A DNA stretch of 60,963 nucleotides from a virus (Duplodnaviria > Caudoviricetes): the IMG/VR virus record IMGVR_UViG_3300050004_000011, positions 1 to 60,963 of that record; one strand, given 5' to 3'. Of the stretch, positions 17,168 through 27,643 are shown in pieces. The translations under genes and the position numbers were made by a program. Below the pieces are notes generated by a model. That model had not been told where the DNA came from, ran no database searches, and was given only the letters and a program-made list of their open reading frames with translations. Every line of letters starts with the position of its first letter. The stretch's first letter is position 1.

Positions 17168-17812
17168 TCATTTGGTCTCCGGGAACGTCGCGGCCGGGGC
17201 CGGGGGTGCGCCCAACGTCTCGGCGTACTCCTGGAGCTCGGCATACGCACGCCAGGCCTTGCAAGTCAGTTCTTCCAGTTTGTCGCAGGTGGGGTCGGCA
17301 CTGTCTAGTGCGTGTCGGCGTTGGCAGTCCTGGTGGTCGGCGCTCTTGCCGCGGGCGTGCTGCAATGGCTGACCGGGGTTGTGTTTCTCATTGGCGGCCT
17401 TGCTCCAGCCCGCCACAGCGACGACGGCTGCGGGGAAGTACGCATCGTGACCGCTCCACACCGGAAACAGCTTGCGGTCCGCAGAACTCTTGGGAAGCAC
17501 GCTGCCGCCCTTCCACGTGTCGCGCAGCAACTGCCAAAGTGACCTCGGCGCGGACTGCTCGGCGACGCGCTGGGCGCGGATGGCTTCGATGGGATCCGGT
17601 GTGGGTTGCAGGTGCTTCTCAAGGGCGGCGATGATCTTGTCCTCACCCTCTTCGCATTCCAGGTTCCAGTAAAGCTTGGACAGAGACTCCAAGAAGTCGT
17701 TGGTACTGATGAAGTCCACTTTCGCTGTGGTGCACACGTGTTGCAGTGAACAGGAAGTGTTGCGGACGTCTTTCAGTCTCTGCAGTAATCGCTTTTTTTC
17801 TTCGTTCGTCAT
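17168..17812 (-). CDS. dATP/dGTP diphosphohydrolase-domain protein (DUF5664-like)
   Basis: YFPAAVVAVA..NEKHNPGQPL..RH..AWRAYAELQ. Confidence 0.65.
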   Translation of the reverse strand: MTNEEKKRLLQRLKDVRNTSCSLQHVCTTAKVDFISTNDFLESLSKLYWNLECEEGEDKIIAALEKHLQPTPDPIEAIRAQRVAEQSAPRSLWQLLRDTWKGGSVLPKSSADRKLFPVWSGHDAYFPAAVVAVAGWSKAANEKHNPGQPLQHARGKSADHQDCQRRHALDSADPTCDKLEELTCKAWRAYAELQEYAETLGAPPAPAATFPETK

Positions 17813-18780
17813 GCTGCTTGCCTCTTCTGTTGTTGTAGGTAGTCGTTGCACTCGTCAGTGCCCCAGATCAGTAGTTGTCCGTCCCGCACCACGCGCTCTG
17901 CGCTCTTCGACCACGTGGCACTTGCCGATGCGGGGGCGCGCAGTTGCACGTCGGGCACCTTGCGGGCGCCATAGGTCTCTATCACGTGGGTGAGTTCTTC
18001 GGCGGCTTCTGTGACCCGATCGATCAGGCACTCGAGCAGCCAGGCGTCGTAGGCCTGCATCACCATGCGGCAGCCGTACAATGCCGACCCCGGGACGGCG
18101 TAGCAGCGCCGCTGGAGCTCGAACGTCACCTCACCTGCCACTAGTGCCCCGAGGCCCTGGAACGGGCTGTTGCACGCCGCGCAGTAGGTGGCCTTGCCCC
18201 GGCGCACCACGCTTCCGATCGACGGATGTCCAATGATGACGTGGTACATCCCATCCTGGCCGCGCGTCTCTCGCATGCGATCCAGGTAGTCCTGGTCGTT
18301 GGGGTTGGCCTTGCGCCAGAAGTTGCACAGGTGCACCGCCGCCGCTTCGCTCTCCTCCCTCGAGGGGCGGGGGTTGTCGTCGGTGGAGCCCAGCTTGATG
18401 CCGTAACTGGTGCGCGCGAACCCAACTAACGTGCGATCCGCCATGCCGCCGGGCTTGCCGAAGCCGGGGACCTTGCACATGTCCCGCTTCTTCTTCATGA
18501 GCTTGTCGGCGGGGCACTTCACGTGCGTGACCGGGTCCTCGCCCTTCGCCAGGCGGAAGAACTCGTTGTACCCCATGCCGGCGTACGCGCTGCCGGTCAG
18601 GCAGTGGAGGTCGATGCCGCTGTTGATCTGCTTGGCCTTGCGCCAGTCGTTGTTCAGCCAGATCTCCACCTGCGCGAGGGTCACCATCTCGAGGGCCTCC
18701 ACGTCGGCCTCGATGAATGCGTATCCGGTGCGGGGCACGAAGCACTCGCGCACGCTGAAGTCCTGCATGACTAACGGCAT
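17809..18780 (-). CDS. Family A DNA polymerase, C-terminal palm/fingers part
   Basis: VRECFVPR, motif A FIEADVEALE, DLH, motif B RDMCKVPGFG, NSPFQG, motif C QAYDAW; start uncertain (18780 or up to 18960). Confidence 0.85.
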   Translation of the reverse strand: MPLVMQDFSVRECFVPRTGYAFIEADVEALEMVTLAQVEIWLNNDWRKAKQINSGIDLHCLTGSAYAGMGYNEFFRLAKGEDPVTHVKCPADKLMKKKRDMCKVPGFGKPGGMADRTLVGFARTSYGIKLGSTDDNPRPSREESEAAAVHLCNFWRKANPNDQDYLDRMRETRGQDGMYHVIIGHPSIGSVVRRGKATYCAACNSPFQGLGALVAGEVTFELQRRCYAVPGSALYGCRMVMQAYDAWLLECLIDRVTEAAEELTHVIETYGARKVPDVQLRAPASASATWSKSAERVVRDGQLLIWGTDECNDYLQQQKRQAA

Positions 18781-18973
18781 GAGTTCACCGAAGCGATCCA
18801 ACGGGCGCGAGGTTGCGTGAGAGGTCGACACCCGCACTGGTCGGGTTGACGGCACGGAGGTGTGCCTGCGTGCCTGCGTTCTTGCCAAGACATGCAGCGC
18901 CCGGGCAGCGCGCCAGGTCCGCTGCAATTGTGTTTCTTTGCTGGCGTGCACAGACGCCACTTGCTGCGATCGA

Positions 18974-19480
18974 TCATTTGCACTCCGGTCGCTCCCACTC
19001 GCAGCTCATATCGCCGCACAACTCCCAGATGTCCGCCAACGAGATGCAGTGACTGGCGTCGGGGTTGCCCTTGGGCCCCATCACGCCGGCGTGCTTGTGG
19101 TGGTCGGCACCCAGCAGGTGCCCCCACTCGTGCGTTGCCGTGCGCTCGATCTCCTCATCGGAGCGCGACATGTCGATCTCGATAGTGGTGCCGTCCCAGC
19201 ACCCCGTCACCGACAGGAGGTCCCCGCACTCGAACGTGCCCCAGCGAGCGCGGACCTGCGGCATGGGTGCGGTCAGATTGGTGGCGCCCTGCCAGCGCGC
19301 GGCACCGCGCTGCACGGCCTCGCGGGCGGTGATGCCGCAGCCCGACAACAAACACCCGAGCACTATCGAGAGAGGGATCAGCAGCAGGATCCACCTACCG
19401 CCATCCTGGTGAGGGCAGTCACAGTTAGTGTCGATCTCGTGCTCGGTAAAACAGTCGTTGCATTGTGCGGTCAGTTTCAT
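18974..19480 (-). CDS. Lipoprotein with HExxH metallopeptidase motif, between the polymerase halves
   Basis: Hydrophobic stretch plus LLSGC lipobox; THEWGHLLGADH...VM. Confidence 0.65.
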   Translation of the reverse strand: MKLTAQCNDCFTEHEIDTNCDCPHQDGGRWILLLIPLSIVLGCLLSGCGITAREAVQRGAARWQGATNLTAPMPQVRARWGTFECGDLLSVTGCWDGTTIEIDMSRSDEEIERTATHEWGHLLGADHHKHAGVMGPKGNPDASHCISLADIWELCGDMSCEWERPECK

Positions 19481-20988
19481 TGGTTCACCTGGGGCTCGCA
19501 GTTCGGGCAGGTCAGCACCGTCAACTTCTTGGCCACCTTCGCGGCGGTGTCGGGGTCCACCGAGAGTTCGTAGTCGCACGTCGGGCACGCAGCGAAATAG
19601 AAGCTGGTGCGCCGAAAGTTCAGGCAGTTCGGATCCGAGGACGACTGCCGCAGGTTGTTCGTCACGCCGATGCGCGTGTGCACCACCCCGCGCGCGAAGA
19701 TGAGCATGTCCTTGCTCATCAGTGCCACGTATTCGTTATATTGGCCCCACGCTTCGAGCTCGTGGTTCTGGGAGTCCTGCAGCACGTGCCGGCTCGTGGC
19801 CACCTGCCCGCCGCCGGACACCTTGCCCGTCTTCTTGTCCTTCTTCGGCTCCGTCAGCGGGGGCCTGCCCTCGTACGCCAGCGTGACCGCGGCCTTCAGG
19901 GCGGTGGTGTTCTTGCTCCACGCCGCCGTGCCGTCCGCGTTCAGGCGCTGCAACTTACAGCCGGGGCACGCGCGGTGTTTGGCGGCGCGGCGATCCCACG
20001 CAGCCACCTTCTTGGCAGTCGCCTTCGGACCCGCGGGCCTTGCCTCCATTTGCACGGGGCACACCCGGGGCGCCTTGTGCCCGGCCGCTAGTGCTGCGGC
20101 GTGGTCGCGCACTCGTTGCTGCTGCTTGTCCCACGTGGCGGCCTTCTTGGGGTCCTCGGGTCTCGTCGAGTCGGGGCGCACTCGACCGCTGGCGATGGCG
20201 GGCTTCAGGAAGCCGTTCACCTGCGCTGCGTCCTGCAGGCGCCGGAGCGCGCTCTTGGCGGCTACGGCCAGGTCACTGACGGCCGCGGGGTTCACCTTCA
20301 GGCCGTACGTGCGCCACAGGTGGTGACCCAGGTACGTGCGAACTGTCTGGCCCAGGTCCTCGAGGCGCACCAGCGGCGCCCGGCCGTTGACGGGAGTGCA
20401 CCCGCGCTCGATCATGCGGGCTGCTAGTGGGAGCATGATCTGGCCGTCGTAGTCGGCGTAAGGGAACCAGGGGTCGGGGATGCTCTCCGCGCCGTACCAC
20501 AATCCAAAGCTGGTCCTGACGTCCACCGTCGCGCCAGTGAAGGGGCACGTGGCCTCCGTGTGCTTGTCGGGGGGCGGAAGTCCGTACTGCAGACACACCT
20601 TGTCGAGCCCCAGCGGGCCACCGATGTCCCCGCGCGCGATCTGGATCATCCGCTGCAGGTACATGGTGTCGAGGACCCGGCACTCGAGGAGTGCGGTCCA
20701 GATGAGCTCTCGCAACTCGGGGTACCACTCCAGGAAGCAGCCGATGTCGAACGGGCCGTTGTGAAACCAGATCTGGCTGCGCTGCCGATCGAACATGTGG
20801 AACAGCCCATCGCGCACCCGCTTCGTGACCAGCACCTCGTGGCTGCCGCCCGTGTCCCCGAACTGCAGGCACACCGTGGGCGGGGCCTGTAGTGCGCGGT
20901 CGCCGATCTTGAAGGACTCGCTGTCACCCCCAAGCGCATCGCGCGGCAGTAGCGCCATGGCGGACGGGAGTGCGGTGAGGATGCTCAT
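19477..20988 (-). CDS. Family A DNA polymerase, N-terminal 3'-5' exonuclease/thumb part with C-terminal zinc ribbon
   Basis: DSES, FHNGPFD, LDTM, YADYD exonuclease motifs; RQSSSDPNCLN; CPTC...CPNC. Confidence 0.82.
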   Translation of the reverse strand: MSILTALPSAMALLPRDALGGDSESFKIGDRALQAPPTVCLQFGDTGGSHEVLVTKRVRDGLFHMFDRQRSQIWFHNGPFDIGCFLEWYPELRELIWTALLECRVLDTMYLQRMIQIARGDIGGPLGLDKVCLQYGLPPPDKHTEATCPFTGATVDVRTSFGLWYGAESIPDPWFPYADYDGQIMLPLAARMIERGCTPVNGRAPLVRLEDLGQTVRTYLGHHLWRTYGLKVNPAAVSDLAVAAKSALRRLQDAAQVNGFLKPAIASGRVRPDSTRPEDPKKAATWDKQQQRVRDHAAALAAGHKAPRVCPVQMEARPAGPKATAKKVAAWDRRAAKHRACPGCKLQRLNADGTAAWSKNTTALKAAVTLAYEGRPPLTEPKKDKKTGKVSGGGQVATSRHVLQDSQNHELEAWGQYNEYVALMSKDMLIFARGVVHTRIGVTNNLRQSSSDPNCLNFRRTSFYFAACPTCDYELSVDPDTAAKVAKKLTVLTCPNCEPQVNQ

Positions 20989-21235
20989 CGGCGGGCCGAA
21001 AAGTGTACGGGGCCCTGGACGAACGTCAGTTTGCCGCCGGGACGCAGGCGCGTCAGACCGCGGGTCTGCACCCACAACTGTAGGCGCTCTTCATTGAACC
21101 CATCGGGGTAGTGGACTATGATCTCGTCGAAGTGCTCGCCGACGAGTGCGTTCAACATGTCGATGTGTCTGTCACCGTTGGGACGGCGCCCGGGGAACTC
21201 CAGCGCGTGGTGGCCGTGAACGTGCAACGTCTTCA

Positions 21236-21736
21236 TCAAAACGTGACCGTTCCTTTGATCACGATGCCGCCGATAGTCAGCGCCACGTCTTCGGCGCGGT
21301 ACGTGACCGTCTTCGGGCCGTGGTACTCGCACACCGCGCGCACGCAGGTGCCGCCGCAGCACATCTCGGGCAGCACGCTGGCCGCGGGGGCCGCCGGGGG
21401 CGGCGCCGCAGGGGCGCTCGCGGTCAGGTAGCCCTTATGCGTGCAATAGGAGGCGTGCATGCCGTTCCACCAGTTGCAGCGCGAACAAGACTTCTGGGCC
21501 TTGCCAGGGCGCGGGTACTTGCTGCAAGCCGTTGAGTGCCAGCCCTTGCACCCTGTGCACTCCGCGCAGTCACCCGGCAGCATGATGTGGCCTGTGGCTG
21601 GTGGCGGGGCTGCCGCCGGCGCCTTGGGACACCAAGCCTGGTGATCAACAACTCCGAAACAATCCATGCAGTACATTTGGTGGGCTCCGTGGGCGGGGCC
21701 CCGCCCGGCATCACTACCGGGCGGGGGTGCGGTCAT
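21236..21736 (-). CDS. Cys/His-rich small protein
   Basis: Three CxxC-x(3-6)-H-xxx-C units with Pro/Ala linkers. Confidence 0.55.
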   Translation of the reverse strand: MTAPPPGSDAGRGPAHGAHQMYCMDCFGVVDHQAWCPKAPAAAPPPATGHIMLPGDCAECTGCKGWHSTACSKYPRPGKAQKSCSRCNWWNGMHASYCTHKGYLTASAPAAPPPAAPAASVLPEMCCGGTCVRAVCEYHGPKTVTYRAEDVALTIGGIVIKGTVTF

Positions 21737-21738
21737 TT

Positions 21739-22281
21739 TCAGGCGGCTTGGGCCGGGGTGTACGTGTCGCGGGGGTACTTCTTCACCGTGACGCCGTCCT
21801 GCTCGAGGTGCTTCGGATCCAGCTTGCCCGTGTCCTTGTTCGGGCGGGCCTCTTCGAGCTCGCGCTTGTGGTTCATGGGGAGGCCCATGAGTACCTTCGC
21901 GACGCCGGGCTCGGCCTTGCAGATGCTGAGCAGGTTGCCCAGCGCCTCGGGGGCGTTGAACGCGAGGATGTCCGTGCTGCCTGTGGCCGCCATGAGGATC
22001 GGCGTCATGTTGCGCCAGCAGATGGCGTTGTCGATCTCACCCGCGCCCTGGTTGAAGCGCATGATGTACGTGGCGCCCGCTTGCACCGCGTCGTTGTTGC
22101 TCTTCGTCACCTGGAACTCGAACTCGAAAAACTTGCCCTTCTTCTTGCCCTTGTCCGTCCTCACGTGCTGGAGCAGCACCTGGCCCGCGTACTCGGCGCG
22201 AGGGAAAAACGGCGTGAACTGCTTGGATGCCAAGGATGCGGCGTTGAAAGTGGATGCGAAATCGTCGTCAATACCATACAT
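21739..22281 (-). CDS. Hypothetical replication-module protein (possible SSB)
   Basis: Strongly GC3-biased codons; lies between helicase and polymerase; function is a guess from position. Confidence 0.5.
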   Translation of the reverse strand: MYGIDDDFASTFNAASLASKQFTPFFPRAEYAGQVLLQHVRTDKGKKKGKFFEFEFQVTKSNNDAVQAGATYIMRFNQGAGEIDNAICWRNMTPILMAATGSTDILAFNAPEALGNLLSICKAEPGVAKVLMGLPMNHKRELEEARPNKDTGKLDPKHLEQDGVTVKKYPRDTYTPAQAA

Positions 22282-22337
22282 AGTGTGTGTGTCGTTTCTG
22301 TGTTTGTTGTTGTGTTGAGTCGCACCCGCAGGTGCGG

Positions 22338-22808
22338 TCATTTGTTGAGGGCCCACGAGTGGAGGGGCCACTCGGGGTTGATGCCCTTGATGTGAGCCAC
22401 AGCCTCGTCGCGCGTGAGCTCGTCGAACCCCTTGGCAGAAAGGTCGCCGAAGAAGTCGAGCGGGCAATCGCGTCCGGTCTCGCGTCGGTAGATCTCCTCT
22501 GCGATGAGACTGTGCGAAGGATCTCCGTTGCCGTGTTGGAACTCTTCCTTGGCTGCGAGGCGCTTCGCTAGCGGGCGGCGCAAGGCCTCGATGTGCCCTG
22601 CCATGCAACTGGCGGTCTTGCACGAGGCAACCTGGACAGTCTCGCCGAAGTCCTGTTCATTGCCACCGACCACGAACTCTTTCATGTGGAACGTGCGCTT
22701 CTCGTTCTCGATGCTGGCGATCAGTTCCTTCTCGAATGGGTGCAGGCGGCGGGCTCTGGGTTTCTTGGTGGTGTCAGTCATGGCTGTGGTCCTTGTTGGT
22801 GCGGTCAT
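22338..22808 (-). CDS. Hypothetical protein
   Basis: ORF with CKTASCMAGH. Confidence 0.55.
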   Translation of the reverse strand: MTAPTRTTAMTDTTKKPRARRLHPFEKELIASIENEKRTFHMKEFVVGGNEQDFGETVQVASCKTASCMAGHIEALRRPLAKRLAAKEEFQHGNGDPSHSLIAEEIYRRETGRDCPLDFFGDLSAKGFDELTRDEAVAHIKGINPEWPLHSWALNK

Positions 22809-22810
22809 TT

Positions 22811-23260
22811 TCAGTCGCGAAAACTGTTGTAGTGGCCGAACGTGGCACCGCTCGCGAGTTTGCGGCCGGTGGCCACCTCTTCGCTGTAGTAGCCGTTCGA
22901 ACTCCCGTACCAGCGCACGGTCACGTAGCCCTTCACGGTGGCGAACTTGTAGAACGTCCAGGTGAAAGAATCGTAGTCGGGTGCGTCGTCGGCCCGGGTC
23001 GGGGCCTCGTTGCTGACGTCTTCGCACATCACTAGCGGGCTGCCGATCAGGTCCTCCACGTCGCCGTCGATCTGGTTGACTTCCACACTCTCGCAGCAGT
23101 CCTGAGAGTGGAAGAAGCGGAACTGGTCGCCGCTCTCCGCGGTGAACAGCACGCTCTCACTACCCACCTCGAGGCCTTCGATCCGCGTGATCGTCTGACC
23201 CTTCATGTGGCCCAGCACGTCGCCCTCGCTCCGAAACAACTCTTCTACTCCTCTGAACAT
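22811..23260 (-). CDS. Hypothetical phage protein
   Basis: HSQDCCESV...RWYGSSNGYYSE; AAAAGGA RBS. Confidence 0.7.
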   Translation of the reverse strand: MFRGVEELFRSEGDVLGHMKGQTITRIEGLEVGSESVLFTAESGDQFRFFHSQDCCESVEVNQIDGDVEDLIGSPLVMCEDVSNEAPTRADDAPDYDSFTWTFYKFATVKGYVTVRWYGSSNGYYSEEVATGRKLASGATFGHYNSFRD

Positions 23261-23272
23261 AGTGTGGTCCTT

Positions 23273-24934
23273 TTATTCCTCGGGTATCTCGACGACTACT
23301 CGGTCCACGCGCTTCCACGCGGGCCCGGCATCACTATCAGGATAGCCCGTGCGGGCGTGGCACGCTAGCGCCATTTTTCGAGGTGCGGTCAGATCTTTCT
23401 CGGCGACCAGTGATTCCTTCTCGCTCTTCGCGCACGCCATCCAGTCCTCGAGGCAGCCGAAGAGGAGCTCCACGTACACGGCATCGCAGGGCTGCAGGCT
23501 GCGATGCGTCCTTCCGAACCACTGCTCGCAGGCGTCGTTGTTACTGGGCGGCGACATGAACAGGTTGCGGTTGTATCGGTACTGCAGGTTCTTGCCGGTG
23601 CCACACGATTTGGTGCTGCAGATGATCACTGGCGCGATCTGCCCGGTAGTGGGGCGGCAGATCTGACTGATGTGCCCTCCTCGCTGGTTCTTGGCGCCCG
23701 CCCCGTAGTAGGGCCAGCCCGTCATGCGCGCCAGCTCTTCGCCCACGCCGGTGTGCGACACCCAGATGATGCTGCCACCCTGCGAGCGCCCGGCAAGCCG
23801 TGCGCTCTTTGTCCCCCACTCCTTGGCCCAGTCGAGCGCGGCGCGGGACAGCCAGGTAGTGGTGGTCACCGGGCGGTAGGTGTCCTTGACGGCCAGCCAC
23901 TCGCGGTACGGGCCCGAGGGCAGCCGCCCCGCCACGACGGCCTTGGAGATCTGCCCGGGTGTGTCCCAGGGGCCGCCAGGGGCCTTGTCGTCCTGGATGA
24001 GCGTGTTGCACATGCCGAACCACGCCTTGCGCTTGTCGAGGTAGTCCTGCGGCGGGCGTGGCACGTGCTCGTAGAACATGCCGTTGCTGAAGCAGCGCGC
24101 TAGCCCCCACTGCTCGCCGATGCCGCTGTCCAGCTTCCAGCCGTCGGGGGCCTCGCCGTCCTTGCGCAGGCGGTCCCAATGGCTCTCCATTTCCGGGGGC
24201 ATCGGCATGACAGTGTGCTTGATGTGCAGCGGCTTGTCGGTGTAGGTCTCCGCGCTGATCACGATGCCGGGCGTGTTGCGGATGATGTCCCACGTCTTCG
24301 TGTGGAAGGCGTCGTCCTCCTCGAGGCGTTTGCAGAACTCCTTGAACTCCCGCCCCTCGGGCCTCCCGTCCTCACTGATGGGAATGGGCCCTCCGCGGTC
24401 CGCACGCAGCGCCGGCACCGCCCACAGCAGCATGTGCGCGTACGTGGCGAACTGATCGCCGGGACTGCCCGATAGTGCCAGTAGCGGCACGTCGGGGTGG
24501 GCCTGCCGCCACCGGTCCACCCGGCGCGCGCGCGAGCTCTCCTTGACGGCCTTCACCTTCTGGGATTCGTCCAGGATCAGGCACGTCGGGTTGTAATTGT
24601 CCAGCAAATGGGCACCGCTCTCGGGGCCCAGCGTTTCGTAGCTCTCGAGCAAGTACTTGGTGGGGATCTGCCAGTGGAGCCGGAAGCGCTCCAGGTCATC
24701 AGTCATCTGCCTTATGTTGGACGCCTCCGTCAGGATGAGGGGACGCGCGCCGCCGATGACCGCCAGCGCAATGGCGCAGATCAATGATTTCCCCAGGCCT
24801 ACCGACGCATTCGTGAAGAGACCGCCCCCACTGGCGGCCAGCAGACACAGGCCCTGCACGGGACGCAGGGCCATGGTGCCAGTGGGAGTGCGGTAAATAT
24901 TTGTCAGCGCCGCCGCGATGGCCTCTGGTGTCAT
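23273..24934 (-). CDS. SNF2-like superfamily 2 helicase
   Basis: VGLGKS, LILDESQ, LSGSP, GTGKNLQ, EQWFGRTHR. Confidence 0.8.
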   Translation of the reverse strand: MTPEAIAAALTNIYRTPTGTMALRPVQGLCLLAASGGGLFTNASVGLGKSLICAIALAVIGGARPLILTEASNIRQMTDDLERFRLHWQIPTKYLLESYETLGPESGAHLLDNYNPTCLILDESQKVKAVKESSRARRVDRWRQAHPDVPLLALSGSPGDQFATYAHMLLWAVPALRADRGGPIPISEDGRPEGREFKEFCKRLEEDDAFHTKTWDIIRNTPGIVISAETYTDKPLHIKHTVMPMPPEMESHWDRLRKDGEAPDGWKLDSGIGEQWGLARCFSNGMFYEHVPRPPQDYLDKRKAWFGMCNTLIQDDKAPGGPWDTPGQISKAVVAGRLPSGPYREWLAVKDTYRPVTTTTWLSRAALDWAKEWGTKSARLAGRSQGGSIIWVSHTGVGEELARMTGWPYYGAGAKNQRGGHISQICRPTTGQIAPVIICSTKSCGTGKNLQYRYNRNLFMSPPSNNDACEQWFGRTHRSLQPCDAVYVELLFGCLEDWMACAKSEKESLVAEKDLTAPRKMALACHARTGYPDSDAGPAWKRVDRVVVEIPEE

Positions 24935-25101
24935 GCTTCAATCAGGCGGAAGGGAGAGGAAGACCACGATCGCAACCAGCCAGGTAAATGGCCACGCTGC
25001 TCCGAGCACACAGCAGGCAATAAACCCGTTGGCGCCGCCTTTCGAGCCCACCTGAGCCGTGAGAAGTGCTACCAGGATGTAGAGCGCCCAGAGTGCTTCG
25101 A

Positions 25102-25437
25102 TCATTCTTCGTCCTCGCAGTCCTCGTCGTCCTCGTACTCTTCTTCGACGTAGCGACACTCTTCCAGGTCGATCTTGAACTGAAAGGGTTCCACCGGTTG
25201 ACAATTGTCGAAATCGTCGATGAACTTGCTGACTTCCTCGGAGGCGGTCATCGAGTAGCTTTCGCCGTCGTCTGTTTGGAAACAGATGACGCAATCCACT
25301 TCCACATCGACCACGCCCGGCACCTGTTCCTTGATGGCCAGTGCCACTGCGCAGCAACTACTTTGCTTCCGTTCGCCGCGATCGATGTGCTCCTGCTCCA
25401 CCCGAACGGTGATCTGACGATCCGCGCAGGTGGTCAT
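25102..25437 (-). CDS. Acidic hypothetical protein
   Basis: GAGGAGG RBS; CCAVALAI. Confidence 0.6.
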   Translation of the reverse strand: MTTCADRQITVRVEQEHIDRGERKQSSCCAVALAIKEQVPGVVDVEVDCVICFQTDDGESYSMTASEEVSKFIDDFDNCQPVEPFQFKIDLEECRYVEEEYEDDEDCEDEE

Positions 25438-25600
25438 GACTGCACCTCCTCGGGATCGTAGCAACGTTCCCACGAGCCTTTGGGGTAGAGCGCGACGAAG
25501 CCGGCGTCCTTGTCAGTCAGCCACAAATCGCCGTCGTCCTTCGTCTCGACCACCTCTGCGTTCGGGTGATTGTACCGCATCCCCTGCTTCGTCTCGACGA

Positions 25601-27076
25601 TCACAGCGCACCTCGCACGCGGCGGAAGAGCTCGGCCAGGATGCGCTCGGTGCTGACCGCGTCGAAGAACGCGGGCGGCGGGGGCGTGGTGGGTACCGCG
25701 GCGGGCGCCGCCACCGGTGCGGTCACTTTCGTGCAGTCCGCCTCGAGCGCGAGCGTGGCCAGCGCGTCCACCACCTCAGGCGGGTTGACCCCCGCACCCA
25801 GGGGTGCGACCGGGGGCTTCGGCGGGCGTCCGCGGGAGCGCTTGGGGGCGGCGGGCTCAGCCGAGGGCGCAGAGGCGGCACTGGGTGCCGAATCTTGCGA
25901 GGGTTCGGCCACAACCGCCACAGACTCCGCCGGAGCAGTTGGCTGCGGCTGTGCCGTGGCGGATGTTGCCGCGCCAGCGGGCGCGGGCGTTGCGCCAGGC
26001 GGTGCGGTCACTTTTGGGTCCGTCTTGGGCTCCGTCACGCCGGTGTTGACGCCAGCGGCGCGGTTCTTCATGAGGGCATTGAGTCGTTCTTGTGGGGTCA
26101 TTTTTGGTCGTACTTTCAGTTGGATGAGATCGAGGATGGGGGTTCCGAGTTCTTCGAAGTTACAGGCGTATGCTTCACCGACGCCGCACCACATGCCCGA
26201 CTTGCGGCAGGCCTCGAAGTTGCGGTCGAAGTCATTCAGGCTAGCAGACGGATTGGCGTAGTGCCACTCGTGGATGGCGTTGATGCGCGCGACCAGCGGC
26301 AGGATGGTGTTGTGCATGAATGCTGTCGCTTCTGCGGGCGACACGAATGCGGTCACTTCCCAGGCGCGTGGGTTGCCCTTCGTCAGGAAGTACAGCCAGC
26401 GCGGGCGGCCCACACGGGCGTGCTTGGCGACCGGGTCCCACCAGCGCCAGTGCTTGGGGCCGCACATGGGCCCGGAGACCACCGCCGCGCAGCCGGTTCC
26501 CCATCCATCACAACCGCACTCCTCGGTGGGGCTCGGCAGCGGCGGGCAGTACCAGTGCGCGTCGCACAACAGGATCCAGGCGTACTTCATGACCTGGATG
26601 TCCTTCTTCAGCGCGTAATCGCTGTCGTCATCTGCCACCAGCGCGTACGCCGGATTGCCGCAGGTCTTCAAGTCGTTGTAGACCATGCTACCCAGCAGCG
26701 GGTCCGCGCGCTCGAGGTGCCCGTCCAGGAACGCCAGGTACGGGCTCCCGTCCGGGAGCGTGCCCACGTGCTCGTACTCCACCAGCATGTCGCCGCACTG
26801 ACTGATCAGGTGCGCGCCGGAGCGCAAAATGCGCCCTGTGGGGCTCTCGGGGTTGGGGACCTCCCCTGTTGCCTGGAGCACCTCTCCCGCCTCGTGCAGC
26901 GCTGTGCCGCCGCGCAGGGCGTCGGTCTCGGCCTGCTTTAGACCGAACAGGTAGTGGCCAGCGAGTTTGCGTTCACAGCCGGGCTTGCCCTTCTCGCCGC
27001 CAACCGATTTGAGTCGGCTCGCGCTGATGGTGGGGCGCTCGTACGCGGCGCGGATCAGAGCGACGTTGGTGACCAC
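25601..27076 (-). CDS. PD-(D/E)xK (RecB/Cas4-like) exonuclease with Pro/Ala tail and AT-hook
   Basis: SASRL, GTALHE, FLD..DLKT, Q..KY, C-terminal Cys cluster; KRSRGRPPK. Confidence 0.75.
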   Translation of the reverse strand: MVTNVALIRAAYERPTISASRLKSVGGEKGKPGCERKLAGHYLFGLKQAETDALRGGTALHEAGEVLQATGEVPNPESPTGRILRSGAHLISQCGDMLVEYEHVGTLPDGSPYLAFLDGHLERADPLLGSMVYNDLKTCGNPAYALVADDDSDYALKKDIQVMKYAWILLCDAHWYCPPLPSPTEECGCDGWGTGCAAVVSGPMCGPKHWRWWDPVAKHARVGRPRWLYFLTKGNPRAWEVTAFVSPAEATAFMHNTILPLVARINAIHEWHYANPSASLNDFDRNFEACRKSGMWCGVGEAYACNFEELGTPILDLIQLKVRPKMTPQERLNALMKNRAAGVNTGVTEPKTDPKVTAPPGATPAPAGAATSATAQPQPTAPAESVAVVAEPSQDSAPSAASAPSAEPAAPKRSRGRPPKPPVAPLGAGVNPPEVVDALATLALEADCTKVTAPVAAPAAVPTTPPPPAFFDAVSTERILAELFRRVRGAL

Positions 27077-27643
27077 TAGTAGGTCTCCAAATCTGCAATC
27101 AGTTCGGCCGCGCGTTGCGCTCTGACTGGGTCGGGATACGGACCGTGAATCTCACATTCTAATGAGGCCAGCAGCCTCTCGAAGGCGTTGTCCGGTGTTG
27201 AGCCAGTACCCCACAGAAGACCTTCAGGATAAAACGTCCAGCCCGCACCCTCTCCTGTGCGATCCACCAACCATAGATTCAGATTGGGGTTGTGGTACGC
27301 CGGTAACTCGGGGCGAGTCGGGTGCTTCTCACGACGCATTGGAATGTCGTAATTCAGCCACGTGCGGATATGAATCACGTTGTGTCTCACGGCACATCCC
27401 TCCGGTTCGGGGCGTCGAGGCGGATGCGGCCGGTGCCGTTGCAGCCGTTGCAGCCGGCGGCCTTGTGCTTCGTGCCCTTGACCCATTCGATCATGCAGGG
27501 GCAGGGTTTCTCGAGCGGCGCGCCGTGGCAGCCGGCGGTGGGGTACGTGTATCCGTAGTACCGCGCGAACAGTGTGTTCTCGGACTCGCGGCGCCACGTG
27601 CGTAGGGATATCTCGTCGCCGTGCGGCAGCAACCTGTTGCTGA

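Noticed and set aside
25601-27076. Cas4 adaptation gene for the array
   Set aside because: It lies 20 kb away in the replication module, such exonucleases are common in phages, and there is no cas1/cas2
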